DNA from: Callorhinchus milii
Taxonomy: Eukaryota
Direction: 5' to 3'
Length of the DNA stretch: 64,000 bases
Assembly (NCBI RefSeq): GCF_018977255.1
Contig: NW_024704742.1
Location: 10,046,001 to 10,110,000 of the forward strand
A program made the translations under genes and the position numbers. The notes under the pieces are model-generated. The model ran no database searches and was not told the origin of the DNA. It worked only from the letters and a program-made list of their open reading frames with translations. Positions 38,258 through 49,820 of this stretch are shown here, one piece after another (the stretch's first letter is position 1; each line of letters starts with the position of its first letter).

Positions 38258-40167
38258 TTGTGTAAGGGATATTCGCCCACAAAACATACAGTCAATTCAC
38301 TTTACAGTAAATTCTGTGAAGCACGTTGAGACGACTAGAAGACATGATAAGGCGCTATATCAAATGCAAGGATTATTATTATTATGCCCTTCACTGTGTA
38401 TGCCTGTGTGGGGATTCATAGCCAGTGACGTAAGACCTGGGAGGCTACTAGATACTTAAAATGACCACTTGCTCCAAAAGCCTCAATCGATCAAAAGATA
38501 GGTAGTTACTCTCCCAAACTCTGCCTGTAAACTGAAAGGCCACTTCATGCTCAAAGGTCTACTGAAGGCCTCACAGGAAGCCACACATAGCCCTGTAAGT
38601 GCAAACATCTGTCTTCATAAAAGTCAAATAGTGCAGTCCTAGATCATCCGTAAGTGATTTAATAATGAATTACTCAAACATTCAGGGTTCTTCACCGCAC
38701 TCTACACTGAAGACGTTCCTCTTCTACTGTGCCTACGGTCACCTCCTCCATCCCCCCAGGCTTGGAGTCAGGCTCTGCCACTGTGAAGCGCCCGAGACGC
38801 TGCCCCGTGTGAAGGCCGCTGTGTAAATGCTTATTAAAGGTATTGTTGTTGTCATCTGTTCCGCTCCATTGCTAGATTTTTTCTGCCCAATATTGATCAA
38901 AATTGTCACTGTTAAGCAGATTGCACTCAAAGCTCCTGCAAATTAAGTCTGAATTGAAAATTTTTCTACAATGCTGTCCTCAGTGAAATTTCAGGGCTCA
39001 AATAAGGCTTTCCCATGAGGGAGTGAGCCCTGCCTGGTCTTGACCTGAAGCCACAAGTGCATCGAGAACTACAGGCCAAAGGGACAACTGGACCCACAGT
39101 GGCAATTGGTTTGTGTTAAAAGTACTATTTTGTGGACGAAAGATAGACCTGCGTTCTCTTTCGGACACTGACTGACCTTCACGGTGTTCCCAATGTGTTC
39201 TAATATTAACCACTTTAATTAGCATTAGAGTTTGTTTTAGAGAGAAGCCAATGGCCTACGTTGTGTATTGTCACAGGGGGCTTTACAGAAATGGTGTCGC
39301 ACACTAAATGAGTGGGGAGAGGGGGTGATTTTAGGCACAGGTTAGGAAGTCATTTTTGGGTGTTCTTTTGAAGACAACAGGGTGGGGGTGCGGGTGGAGA
39401 CTGAGGGGTATTAGAGGGAGGGTGCTCCAGAGAGGGGAAGGCAGAGTGGTTGAAGACTCAGCTACCAATTACAACAACAACTTGCATTTATATAGCGCCC
39501 TTCACGCCGGACTCCGTCAATTATAGCGTGCAGGGGGTGGGGCAAGCCTGAGTTTACCAGATTAGGTGTGGTGAGGGGGTGGGACTGGAGGGGGTGGGGG
39601 TGAAGAGAGTAACCAGGAGAGCAGGGCTAGAAAAGATCACAGAGTTAGGAAGGCGTGAAGGGATGTGTAAGGTAGGGGTGAGGATCTCAAAATCGATCCG
39701 ATTGGAAAACAGGAGGAATTTAACAAGTACTGGATTCCACACGCCTGCAATGGGATAAGTCCGATAATTTGTCCGCTGAGACCACTGTCTTGAGTTAACA
39801 TTTGTGGCACTGTACGCTTTTAATGAGGCTAAATAGATCCGCGGGTGTCCGGGCCACAGTGCGAGCTGCCAGCATAATCTGCTCCTGCTCCAGATTTCCC
39901 ACAAGTGACTATTGTGTCATTTAAGTTGCCAAGAAGCAGTAAATAAAGGGTAGATTATTAACGCGGTTCACTTTCTACAGCAGATAAATGGCATCGCTCC
40001 AGTTACAGACTCCTGGCCCGGTGGTTAGGACTCTGAGCAGACTTGGGAGGCATCTCAAAGTGTGTTTCTCAGGCACAGGTGGTCCTGACATCGGGCATTA
40101 CGTTCTCTCTGCAACTCTTGTCGTTAACTTTGAAAGAGCAGGGGTTGTTTTTCCGTGTGCGCGGAAC

Positions 40168-40221
40168 CAGTGACGTCACTGACGTTCGGTACGAGATGAA
40201 GCCGGATTTACGTAAACGTCA
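40168..40221. promoter_or_regulatory. CRE / bZIP motif cluster
   Basis: cagTGACGTCActg palindrome (40168-40181), TGACG at 40180, TTTACGTAAA at 40207-40216, CGTCA at 40217. Confidence 0.45.
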
Positions 40222-40248
40222 TTCCTTTCACTTCTTGGGTGCACGCGT

Positions 40249-40629
40249 GGAGTGCTGTAGTTCAGTGGTTAGAGCACTCACTTCGCAAGCGTGAGGACCT
40301 GGATTCAATTCCCGGGACGGGCGAAACGTTGGGCAAGTTTCCTTACTCCACATGCCTCTGTTTACCTAGCTGAAGTAGGACCCTGATTGTTAATCGGTTC
40401 TTGGAACGCTTTTCCAGGGGTTAATAATCCCTTCCAAAAAAAAAATTAATAATAATAATTCAGTCACTCAATCCACGACTGCTTGTGGGACACTGCTGTG
40501 CGCAATTGGTTGCGCATTTCGCCCACAAAATATACAGTCAATTCACTTTACAGTATATTCTGTGAAGCGCTTTGAGATGTCTCGAAGATGTGATAAGGTG
40601 CTATATCAAATGCAAGGATTAGTATTATC
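40249..40629 (+). mobile_element. tRNA-derived SINE, full length
   Basis: Family consensus; flanked by cacgcgt / cacgggt, a probable TSD. Confidence 0.93.
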
Positions 40630-43617
40630 ACGGGTCTGGCACCTGACATCACGGTGAGCTGCCTCCTCTCTGTAATGAGTGAGCCTGGACATCATTAATG
40701 CTGACCCTCATTGTAAGCCCGTCGTTGTTCTAAACAATAATAATCCTCACCAGGGACACAATTGCTGGGAAATGAAGAACTTTCCATTTCAGGCACCCCG
40801 TGCTGTGATCTTTGTGCTCCTGGTGTCGATGTAGGATAGAATTCCCAACCAACCCCCAATAATGTGCCTCTGCTCTCACGTCAACAGTCTACAACTTGCT
40901 CCAACAAGTTTTCCATTTGTTGCATATCTCTCAGTCCACGTGTTGGTAAGCTTGTGCACTGCAATGTCTCACATGAAGTGAATGGCCATTTTATTTGGGG
41001 GTGATTGTTGGCCAGGACATCGGGAGAGAGAAACTCCCTTCACTTTTATGAATATTGTCTAAGGATCTTTGGTTCCACCTGAACGGAGACCTCAGTTTAA
41101 TGTTTTGCCTGAAGTACTTTTGAGACCTGTCAGTCAGACCACAGTGGAACAAAAAAGACTTCAGAGCAAAGCTTTTAGAACAGACAAGCAATGATCAGAT
41201 CCCGTGTACGGTCTAGGCTGTGCAGAACCATGCTAATCTACAATTTTCAGGGGTATGAAGAAAAGAGCAGGTATCTGGGACTGAACATATTGCTCTTTCA
41301 AAGAGCCAGCACAGATATAAATGGGTCAAATGTTCTTCAGTGCCGTACATTTCTGCAATTCTACAGTGGACAATAGTTTTATTTATTATATCCGCAACGA
41401 GGCATCAATTGTGTAATGCATCACTGCAAGATTACAGGATTTAATATTAGTGGACTGCAGGGAAATAACATGGCTCCACATGTTAATTTTAAAAGAGGGC
41501 ATCTGGGAAATACTGTGAATTGAAAAATTGGAAAGGAGGGACTTAATGCAAAAACAACCATCTCTCCCTCTCTTTCACTGCTGAATTATGTAAATAATGT
41601 ATTTCCTGGTGTTAACATATCAATCCAAGATCAGGCAGTGAAGCTTGCTGTTCTCCTGGGAGAAGTGCTCCATCTTAGCTTTAGCAATCTGAAAATTCAG
41701 GAAAAGGTCAGGAACCATCAGCAGGGAACACTGTCACAGTCAAACCAAACAGAACAACATGAATACTCACTCTCAGACCTTGTGGAATAAGAATAACCAC
41801 ATCTAAACATATGCATCAAACCTCCAAATCACCCACTGGATACCTGTCAATAAAATCAAATTGACCGAACTGGGGATCAGTTTGGATTTTAGGTTAGACT
41901 CTTCCCACAATAATATACACAATAATACAACAATTTGCATTTATTTAGCGCCTTTCACACAGGTAGCGTTCCGGAGCACTAAATAAGAATGTTTTTAAAT
42001 AAGGCGTTTTGCCCACAAAATATACAGTCAATCCACGATTATTTGGTCACTCAATCCACAAACTGTTTGTGGGACACTGCTGTGCGCAATTGGCTGCCTC
42101 GTTTTGCCCACAAAATATACAATCAATTCACTTTACAATATATTCTGTGAAGCTCTTTGAGACGTCTCAACAATGTGTTACGGCGCTAATAATAATAATT
42201 ATTATTATGTGTACTAATCTAGATCACGGATGGCGAACTTGCTGCCCACGTAACTATTTTACACGTGCCTAATGCAGGTCTACTTAATCCAATAATTGTT
42301 TTTTGCTCTGAGACGCTACCCTGCGTGAGGGGCACTATATAATGCAAGTTGTTGTAATAGTTGTAATAGGTAACCTTACTACAAGATGTCAAGCATCGGG
42401 AAGCTCGCTACTGTTTGCATTGACAAGCTGTGTGCTTTTAGCCAGTTAAACTCCAGCAGCTTACCCCAGTGCATACCCAAGCCATGCTTCTTGCCAGCCT
42501 CTGTGCCAAACATCTCCAGGATTAAATAAGCAGAGTGTGTGCCTCTAGACAGAGTCTGCGCACTCCATACAATGACAACAACTTACAACAACTTGCATTC
42601 ATATAGCTCCCTTCACGTGGGGTAGCGTCCTACCATACCAATGTAAATCAAAAACCATACTTCCAAGAGAACCTTATTATTATGTGGTCAGCTCATGTCA
42701 CTTCTTGCAAATTACATTATGTGCTAATAGCTTTGAGCCAAACCATTATGGTGTCAGGGGCTGCTGACACCCAAACAAATGGCAAAGTTTTGGATCACAA
42801 TTTTCTGTGGATGTGAAAACTAACACAACAACAACAAACAATAAATGACATTTGTACAGCGCCTCTTCGACCATGTCTTTGGTCACCCTCCCGGCTCTCC
42901 ATCCCTCCTGATCCCAACAATAGCTCGGGTTCAGATCCCGACTGGCAGCGTCTTGGACATCTTCCTGATGTGAAAGGCACTATAAAATGTAATTTGTTAT
43001 TGATATGGGTGGGGAGTGACATGGCCAGTACCAATCATGTCCTCACCCAATATCTTCACGTGCACATTTTTCAGAAGAAATAGACATCAGGAGCAGGAAC
43101 CTAAGCCAGAAATCTGGAGCTGTGTTTCTTCTCCTCCTCCTCAGTCTATGTCCCCTCCCCCACCCCATCAACCCCAGGTGAGATCAGCTATTACAACAGA
43201 GTCAAGGACCCAAATGACGGACCTTGGTGGTTCCACCTGTCTGTGTCACACAATGAGTTAGGGTGGCAGCTGTTTTTGCCATCCATTCCTTTATAAGGCC
43301 CCCCAACAAAACATATTCAAACAGTACATGCTGTCATGTTAGTAGATTAATTTTATGAAGGAATCCAGCCTGAATATCAGGGGGAGAGTGCAAGACTTTC
43401 CAGTAATCAGTGTGGGTTTTCCATTGAGTTTAATCCAACCTCTATCTGGTAAACCCATCTCCGCTAGGGCCCCTCACTGAGATTTGATGGCTTAAAGTTG
43501 ATGTGTTCATGCGTCGATATGTATGTGTGAATCTCTGTGCATCTGTGTGTGTATGCGTGCTTGTCGTGTGTATGTGGTTGTGGGAGTACTGTAGCTCAGT
43601 GGTTAGAGCACTCGTCT

Positions 43618-44418
43618 TTCTTCCCCACATCCGCACCACAACTGGCACCGCCTTCCACCACCTCAGGAACATCGCCAGACTACGGCACTACCTCACCCCT
43701 CACGCTGCTGAAACTCTGGTCCACGCCTTTATCACCTCAAGGCTGGACTATGGGAACTCTCTCCTCGTCGGCCTTCCCGCCACCTCCCTCCACAAGCTGC
43801 AGGTCATCCAGAACTCTGCAGCTCGTGTACTGTCCCGCACCAGGGCTTCGGGACCACATCACTCCCACCCTCGCTCGCCTCCACTGGCTCCCCATCCCCC
43901 AGAGGATCGATTTCAAGATCCTCATCCTCACCTACAAGGCCATTCACGGCCTCGCTCCCTCCTACCTCTCCAACCTACTATCCCCCTACCTACCTGCCCG
44001 TACCCTCCGTTCCTCTGGCTCCGGTCTGCTCCACGTCCCCCGCCCCAATCGCCCTACCATTGGTGGTCGGGCCTTCAGCCTCTCAGCCCCGAGGCTCTGG
44101 AACTCTATCCCCCAGTGCCTTCGCCTTGCTTCCTCACCTTCCTCCTTCAAGGCCGGTCTCAAAACCTTTCTCTTTGACCGAGCCTTCAGCTCCCCTCTCG
44201 ACTCTCTTCCCCCTTCTCGCTCCCTCCCATCCCTCCCCTCACCCTGACCATTTCCCCCCTCCTCGCTCCCTCCCCTCCCCTGACCATTTCCCCCCTCCTC
44301 GCTCCCTCCCCTCCCCTGACCATTTCCCCCCTGCTCGGGTCCCAACCCAACTGTCCAGCGCCTTGGGACGTCCTCCCGACGTGAAAAGCGCTCTATAAAT
44401 GCAATCTTATTGTTGTTG
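43618..44418 (+). mobile_element. Young L2 LINE 3' portion inserted in a SINE head (SINE 43583-44600)
   Basis: Long open RT C-terminal frames (HHLRNIARLRHYLT...; ARLHWLPIPQRIDFKIL...), CpGs retained, SINE resumes tctcgcaagcgagagacc. Confidence 0.95.
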
Positions 44419-45401
44419 TCTCGCAAGCGAGAGACCTAATTTCGATTCCCGGGCAGGATGAAACATTGGGGCAAGTTTCCTTACTCCACACACTTAACAG
44501 TAAGCAGGAACCCGGTTGTTAGTCGATTGGCGGATCGCTCTACCGGGGGTGGTAAGTCCTTCAAAAAAATAATATATATGAAAAGGATTATTATTATTAT
44601 TATTATACAGGACCCGAGGTACACTCCCGATTTCTACCGTTGACTGGTCAACTTCTTGCACAATTGCTGCACATAGGAAATAACACCAGGGGTGCTTGGC
44701 ACCCCACTATCTCTCCAACTTGCTCTCTCCCTACACCACTACCTGTTGCCTCCGCTCGAGTGGCTCCAGCCTCCTCCTTGGCCCCTGGACCCTCCTCCCC
44801 AGCATCAGCAGCCATGCGTTCAGTCACTACCCGCCCTACCCCCCCTCCCACCTTGAAGCTGTGGAACTCTCTCCCTCAATCCCTTCGCCTGCCCCCTCTC
44901 TCCCCATTTTCAGGTCGCCCTTGAAGACTTTCTTCTTCGACCGTTCCTACGGTCACCTTTCCCCTCCCCCTGACTTGGAATCGGGCTCCACCACTGTTAA
45001 GCGCTCTGGGACGCCGCTCGGCATGAAAGTCGCTATATAAATGCGCAACATGCAGGAAGTGGTATCAGTGCTGACCTGACAACCTGGTAGTGCTAACTGT
45101 CAGCCATGTTTTTGCGACCTCTATTAAAAAACAGACTTGTGAGTTTATTGGCCCAAACAACTGCATTTTAATGTGACTTTTGAAAGGCTTTCAGACATTT
45201 CAGGAGCTAAGAAAATGCAAGTTTTGTTTACCTTGGAGATCAGAAGATAGAATGTGAAGGGCTGCACACAACCTCTTCTATCATCCGGTGGAACAGGTTT
45301 GCATAGATTCTCCCTGATCCTCGAGTCAATCAAGCAGAAACTGCACAATATGCAGAATGGCTCTAATGGCACAGAAACCATCGTGCCTCGTGGAGTATTA
45401 A

Positions 45402-45775
45402 CAAACATAGGAACACGAGTAGGCCATTCAGCACCTTGAGCCTGTTCTATTAGATCACGGCTAATCTGTACCTCAACTCCTTTGCCCAATATCTCTTGAT
45501 ACCCTCACCTAGCAAAACTATCCACCTCAGTCTCGAAAATTTGAATGGATTCAACATGCACAGCCTTTTGGGGGAGAGAGTTCCTGATTTCTGCTTCCCT
45601 TTGGGTGAAAAAATGCTTCCTGTTTCATTCCTAAATGGCCGAGCTCTAATTTTAAGATGATGTCCCCTTGTTCTGGATTCTCCCACCAGAGGAAGCAGTT
45701 TCTCTGTATCTACCGTAACTAATCCCTTTATCATTTGTAACACCTCAATTAGGTCCCCCTCAACCTTCTAAACTC
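45402..45775 (-). mobile_element. CR1 LINE 3' fragment
   Basis: VGESRTRGHHLKIRARPFRNE motif; same subfamily as 2372-2897. Confidence 0.9.
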
Positions 45776-46455
45776 ATTCATCCTCCAGATAACATCCGTC
45801 ATTTAGTTTGTGGGTCACTGCTGTACTCAAATTGGCTGATGTATTCAACTACAAAGCACACAGTAACTACATTTTACAGTATATCCTGTGAAGCATTTTG
45901 AAACGTCCTCCTGACATGAAGGTGCTACATCAAATGCAAGGATTATTATTAATTTTATTATTATTTGTTAATTTCAGTCCACCCATCCTTTATTCTGCAG
46001 TAATGCTGTAGGAAGATACTTATCTATTTCAATCAATACACCAACTGCTTTGGTCGTTTTTGTTAATTCTGCCGCGTATCGATTATCCTGTGAGTAAAAT
46101 ATTTCTTCCAGTCTCTCTCGTCTGCACTTTCTGTCCTTTTCTCTGATTGAATTACTGAGTGAATGACTAAATGTGCTCTGGGGCAAAGCACATTGCAAAC
46201 CAGACATTTCTCTTAACAGTTTCTAGAATTTCTGCTCCAAATGCAGTTTAACAAAGGTTATTAGACTACAGTGCCTCCAAGATGTCTAGTGGCTATTTAT
46301 AGACACTGCACATATACACAATACACCACAACATTTACATACTCTGAATATATATATATATATATATATATATTATACATTAGACACATTCCAAAAAATG
46401 CACACAAGATGTTTATCCTGGTCACAAAACGTCACCACCAAAAAAAAACTATTCA

Positions 46456-47170
46456 GAACATAAGAATTTTCTAGGTGGAAGAAGACCAAGGTCCATCTAG
46501 TTCGCCTTCCACCATGGCGATCGCTTGACATGTTGTGTCCCAAACTTTGTATTGTATCCCTAGATATTATTTTCTAGCAGAAATCTATCTATTTTGTTCT
46601 TGAAATAAACAACATTGTCTGCTTCCATCGTCACCCTAGGGAGTCTGTTGCCTAAGTTTACTAGTTGCTCACTGAAGTAGTGTTTCCATAGATTTGTTCT
46701 GAACTTCCCCCCCTTCAATCGCAGGTTCTACCGTTCAGTACAAGTAGAATCTTCCCTAAGTAATACAGTAACAATTGTCTATCCAGCGAACAACAACAAC
46801 TTGTATTTATATAGTGCTCTTCACATGAGGTAGTGTCCCAGAGTGCTTGACAATGGCGGATTCTGACCCTGAGCCAGGGGGAGGGGGCAAGAGGGAGGTG
46901 ACCATAAGCATGATCAAAAAGGAAGGTCTTTGGGAGGGATTCGAAAGTGGGGAGGGAGGGGGCAAGGCGGAAGGATTGAGGGAGGGAGTTCCAGGGTTTC
47001 GGGGCATAGTGGCTGAAAGCACGGCCGCCGATAGTGGAATGGAGGGGAAGAGGGATGAACAGGAGGCCGGAACCAGCCGAGAGAAGGCAGCGGGTAGTGG
47101 AGTGGGGAGGTAAGCAGGTCGGAGATGTAGGGAGGTGCGAGAGCATGAGGGGATTTGAAAACAAGTGAGA
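46456..47170 (-). mobile_element. CR1 3' fragment (46456-46730) followed by an L2 3' fragment (46790-47170)
   Basis: Similar to other CR1 copies; GGRAFSHYAPKPWNSLP L2 motif. Confidence 0.85.
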
Positions 47171-48084
47171 GCAAACCCATTCAACATCCACATGGAGATC
47201 TGAATTTACATGTCACCTGCGTCAGTGCTGTTACAAAAGGCACCTCGGACAAGCAGGATGTGCTCCAAGGATTCTCCTGGACAGCACATACCTGGGGTCC
47301 CATCGGAGCAACAACAACAAATTACATTTGTACAACGCCTTTTACGTCTGGAGAATATCCCAAGGCTCCGGAGTAGAAAGCACGCTTCATGTGGTGCGTA
47401 CTTGACTGACAGCAAACAATGTTGGAGTCACACACTGATGCATCAACTTTTTGACACTAATATTTCTCCAGAATACCAACAACCCTGATTCATTTGAGTT
47501 GACAGGAACTTGTTTGTTTGAAATCCTTTCTCAGGCCTGGAATTCCACCCAGTATTAGCCTGTACGACCACGAACATTTCAGCCCGTGCAGAAGTTAGGG
47601 AGAGTGGGGGGAAAGGGAGGAACAGTATTTCCACAGTCAATAAATAAACTGATTTGTTGTGCAGTTCAAAGACATTTATGTTGCATCTTACCGCTTTCTA
47701 ACAACTCCTCTTCCACAGGGGTACCGAATAGGAACTCGTATTTGGCCTTGGCGACACTCTGTGCGTGTGGTGATGCCTTGTTGACCCAAACAAACTTCTC
47801 AGTCTGGGGGGAGGAAACACAAGAGTTATTATTTTGTAACGGTTTGAAAAAAAGAAAATCTTCAAAACTGTCCCCTTTTTTTTCCCCTGCAGGCTTGCTG
47901 TTATTCTAGGTTGTTTTTAAAAGAGATCTCTTACACTGCCAAAACACACAGCAATTTCTCATTGTTAGTCAAGTGCTCATTCCAAGTCACTGAGATTTGC
48001 TTTTCCCTCAATTTTTCTAATGACTTTTTCAGAGGGAAAATGCATTGTTACAGATTTGCAGACTTGCGTGAATCAGGGCTGTTG

Positions 48085-48452
48085 TAATAATAATAATCCT
48101 TGCATTTTCATACAGTGCCTTATCATGTCTTTGAGACGTCTTAAAGCGCTTCACAGAATATACTGTAAAGTGGAGTGACTGTATATTTTGTGGGCGAAAC
48201 ACGGCAGCCAATGGCACACAGCAGTGTCCCACAAACAGTCATGGATTGAGTGACCAAATTTTTTTTCTTAAGGAATTATTATCCCCGGAAAAGTGATCCG
48301 TCAATCAACTAATAACCAAGTTCCTACTTACTGCTAAATAAACAGAGCCGTGTGGGTAAGAAAACTTGCCCAACGTTCCACCCTGGCGGGAATAAAACCC
48401 AAGTCCTCACGCTTGCAAGGCAAAAGCTCTAACCACTAAGCTACAGGACTCC
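48085..48452 (-). mobile_element. tRNA-derived SINE, full length
   Basis: Reverse complement of the family consensus. Confidence 0.93.
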
Positions 48453-49452
48453 AGTATCAAAAGAGCCAGTATGACATCTAATGATAATGATGTAAAAAAG
48501 ACAAACAGAAAAAGCCAAAGAGAAAGAGTGTGAAAAAAAGTTAGAGAGAGAAAGAGAGAGAGAGACAGGTATAGAGCAAAGAGAGTGAGAGGCTGAGAGA
48601 AATCGATAGAGACTATCCCAAAGGGTTGGAATTCTGTCTCTATCGAGACAGTGTAGTAGAAACAGACTCGATTGGTTTTCACACAAGAATCCCAATCTCT
48701 TTGGAGGCTAACCTCCATTACTGAGAAAGAGAGAAACAGGGAGAGATACAGAGACAAAGAGAAAAATAGCAGGAAAGGCTAAGAAAGGCCAGGGTGTGGG
48801 TCATTAGACATGATAACTAAAGACAGGAGTATTCTTTACAAGTATTTGAGGAATAATAGAAAGCCCAGTGTCAGGTAGATCTGATTTTACATTGTCCAAT
48901 GTGTATTTCCCATGTTCAGGACAGAATAAAAGACAAAACACTATTTCTGCAATTAAAGGGTTAACTCCACAGTACAAATCACTCTCTTACAACCCTACTC
49001 TCTGCTAAAATACAATCGCACATTTAGATCCACAAGACATCTGGGGTCTGACGCCCTGCCACTCACACACAGATGATGATGACTCCACACGCTGGTTCTG
49101 TTTCACAAGCGTGATTTACAGTAAGCACAGCTCTTTGCAGCATCAAGAGCTACTGTTGTGTAAATGAGGACAAGCTCATGCTCACAGTTGTGACCTAAAT
49201 GGGATGCATTTTTGTTGCCTAAATCACTGGTATCCTTAACAGTTGCCCTAATTTGGGGAATTAACAGGCATAAAGACATTTTCCACTGTTGCTACACAGA
49301 CATTTAGTTTTCTTTTCTTAAATATTCATATTCTCATATTCATACTTCATATTCTCCACACTTTGGTAACACGCAAATTCTTAACATCATCCATTTAGGA
49401 AATATCTTATTTAAACATACAGCAATAAATAACAAAGCCTTTACAAACTAAT

Positions 49453-49820
49453 GGTGTCCTGTAGCTCAGTGGTTAGAGCACTCGACTCGCAAGCAAGAGA
49501 CCTGGGTTCAGTTCCCAGCAGGGCAAAATGTTGGGCAAGTTTCCTTACTCCACACACTCACCTCTGTTTACCTAGCAATAAGTAGGAACCTCGTTGTTTG
49601 TCGATTGGCGGATCACTTTTTCAGGGGTAATATTCCCTTAAAAAAATATTTGGTCACTTAATCCACGATTGTTTGTGGGAAACTGCTGTGCGCAATTGGC
49701 TGCCGTGTTTCGCTCACAAAATATGTCAATTCACATTACGGTATATCGTGTGAAGCACTTTGAGATGTCTCGAAGTTGTGATAAGGTGCTATGTCAAATA
49801 AAAGGATTATAATCATTATA
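49453..49820 (+). mobile_element. tRNA-derived SINE, full length
   Basis: Family consensus from head to tail. Confidence 0.92.

Noticed and set aside
43503..44247. Longest ORFs (224-253 aa; also 59599-60360 and 24592-25281) as host genes
   Set aside because: They are L2 ORF2 C-terminal fragments or their antisense, with start codons in unrelated flanking DNA.
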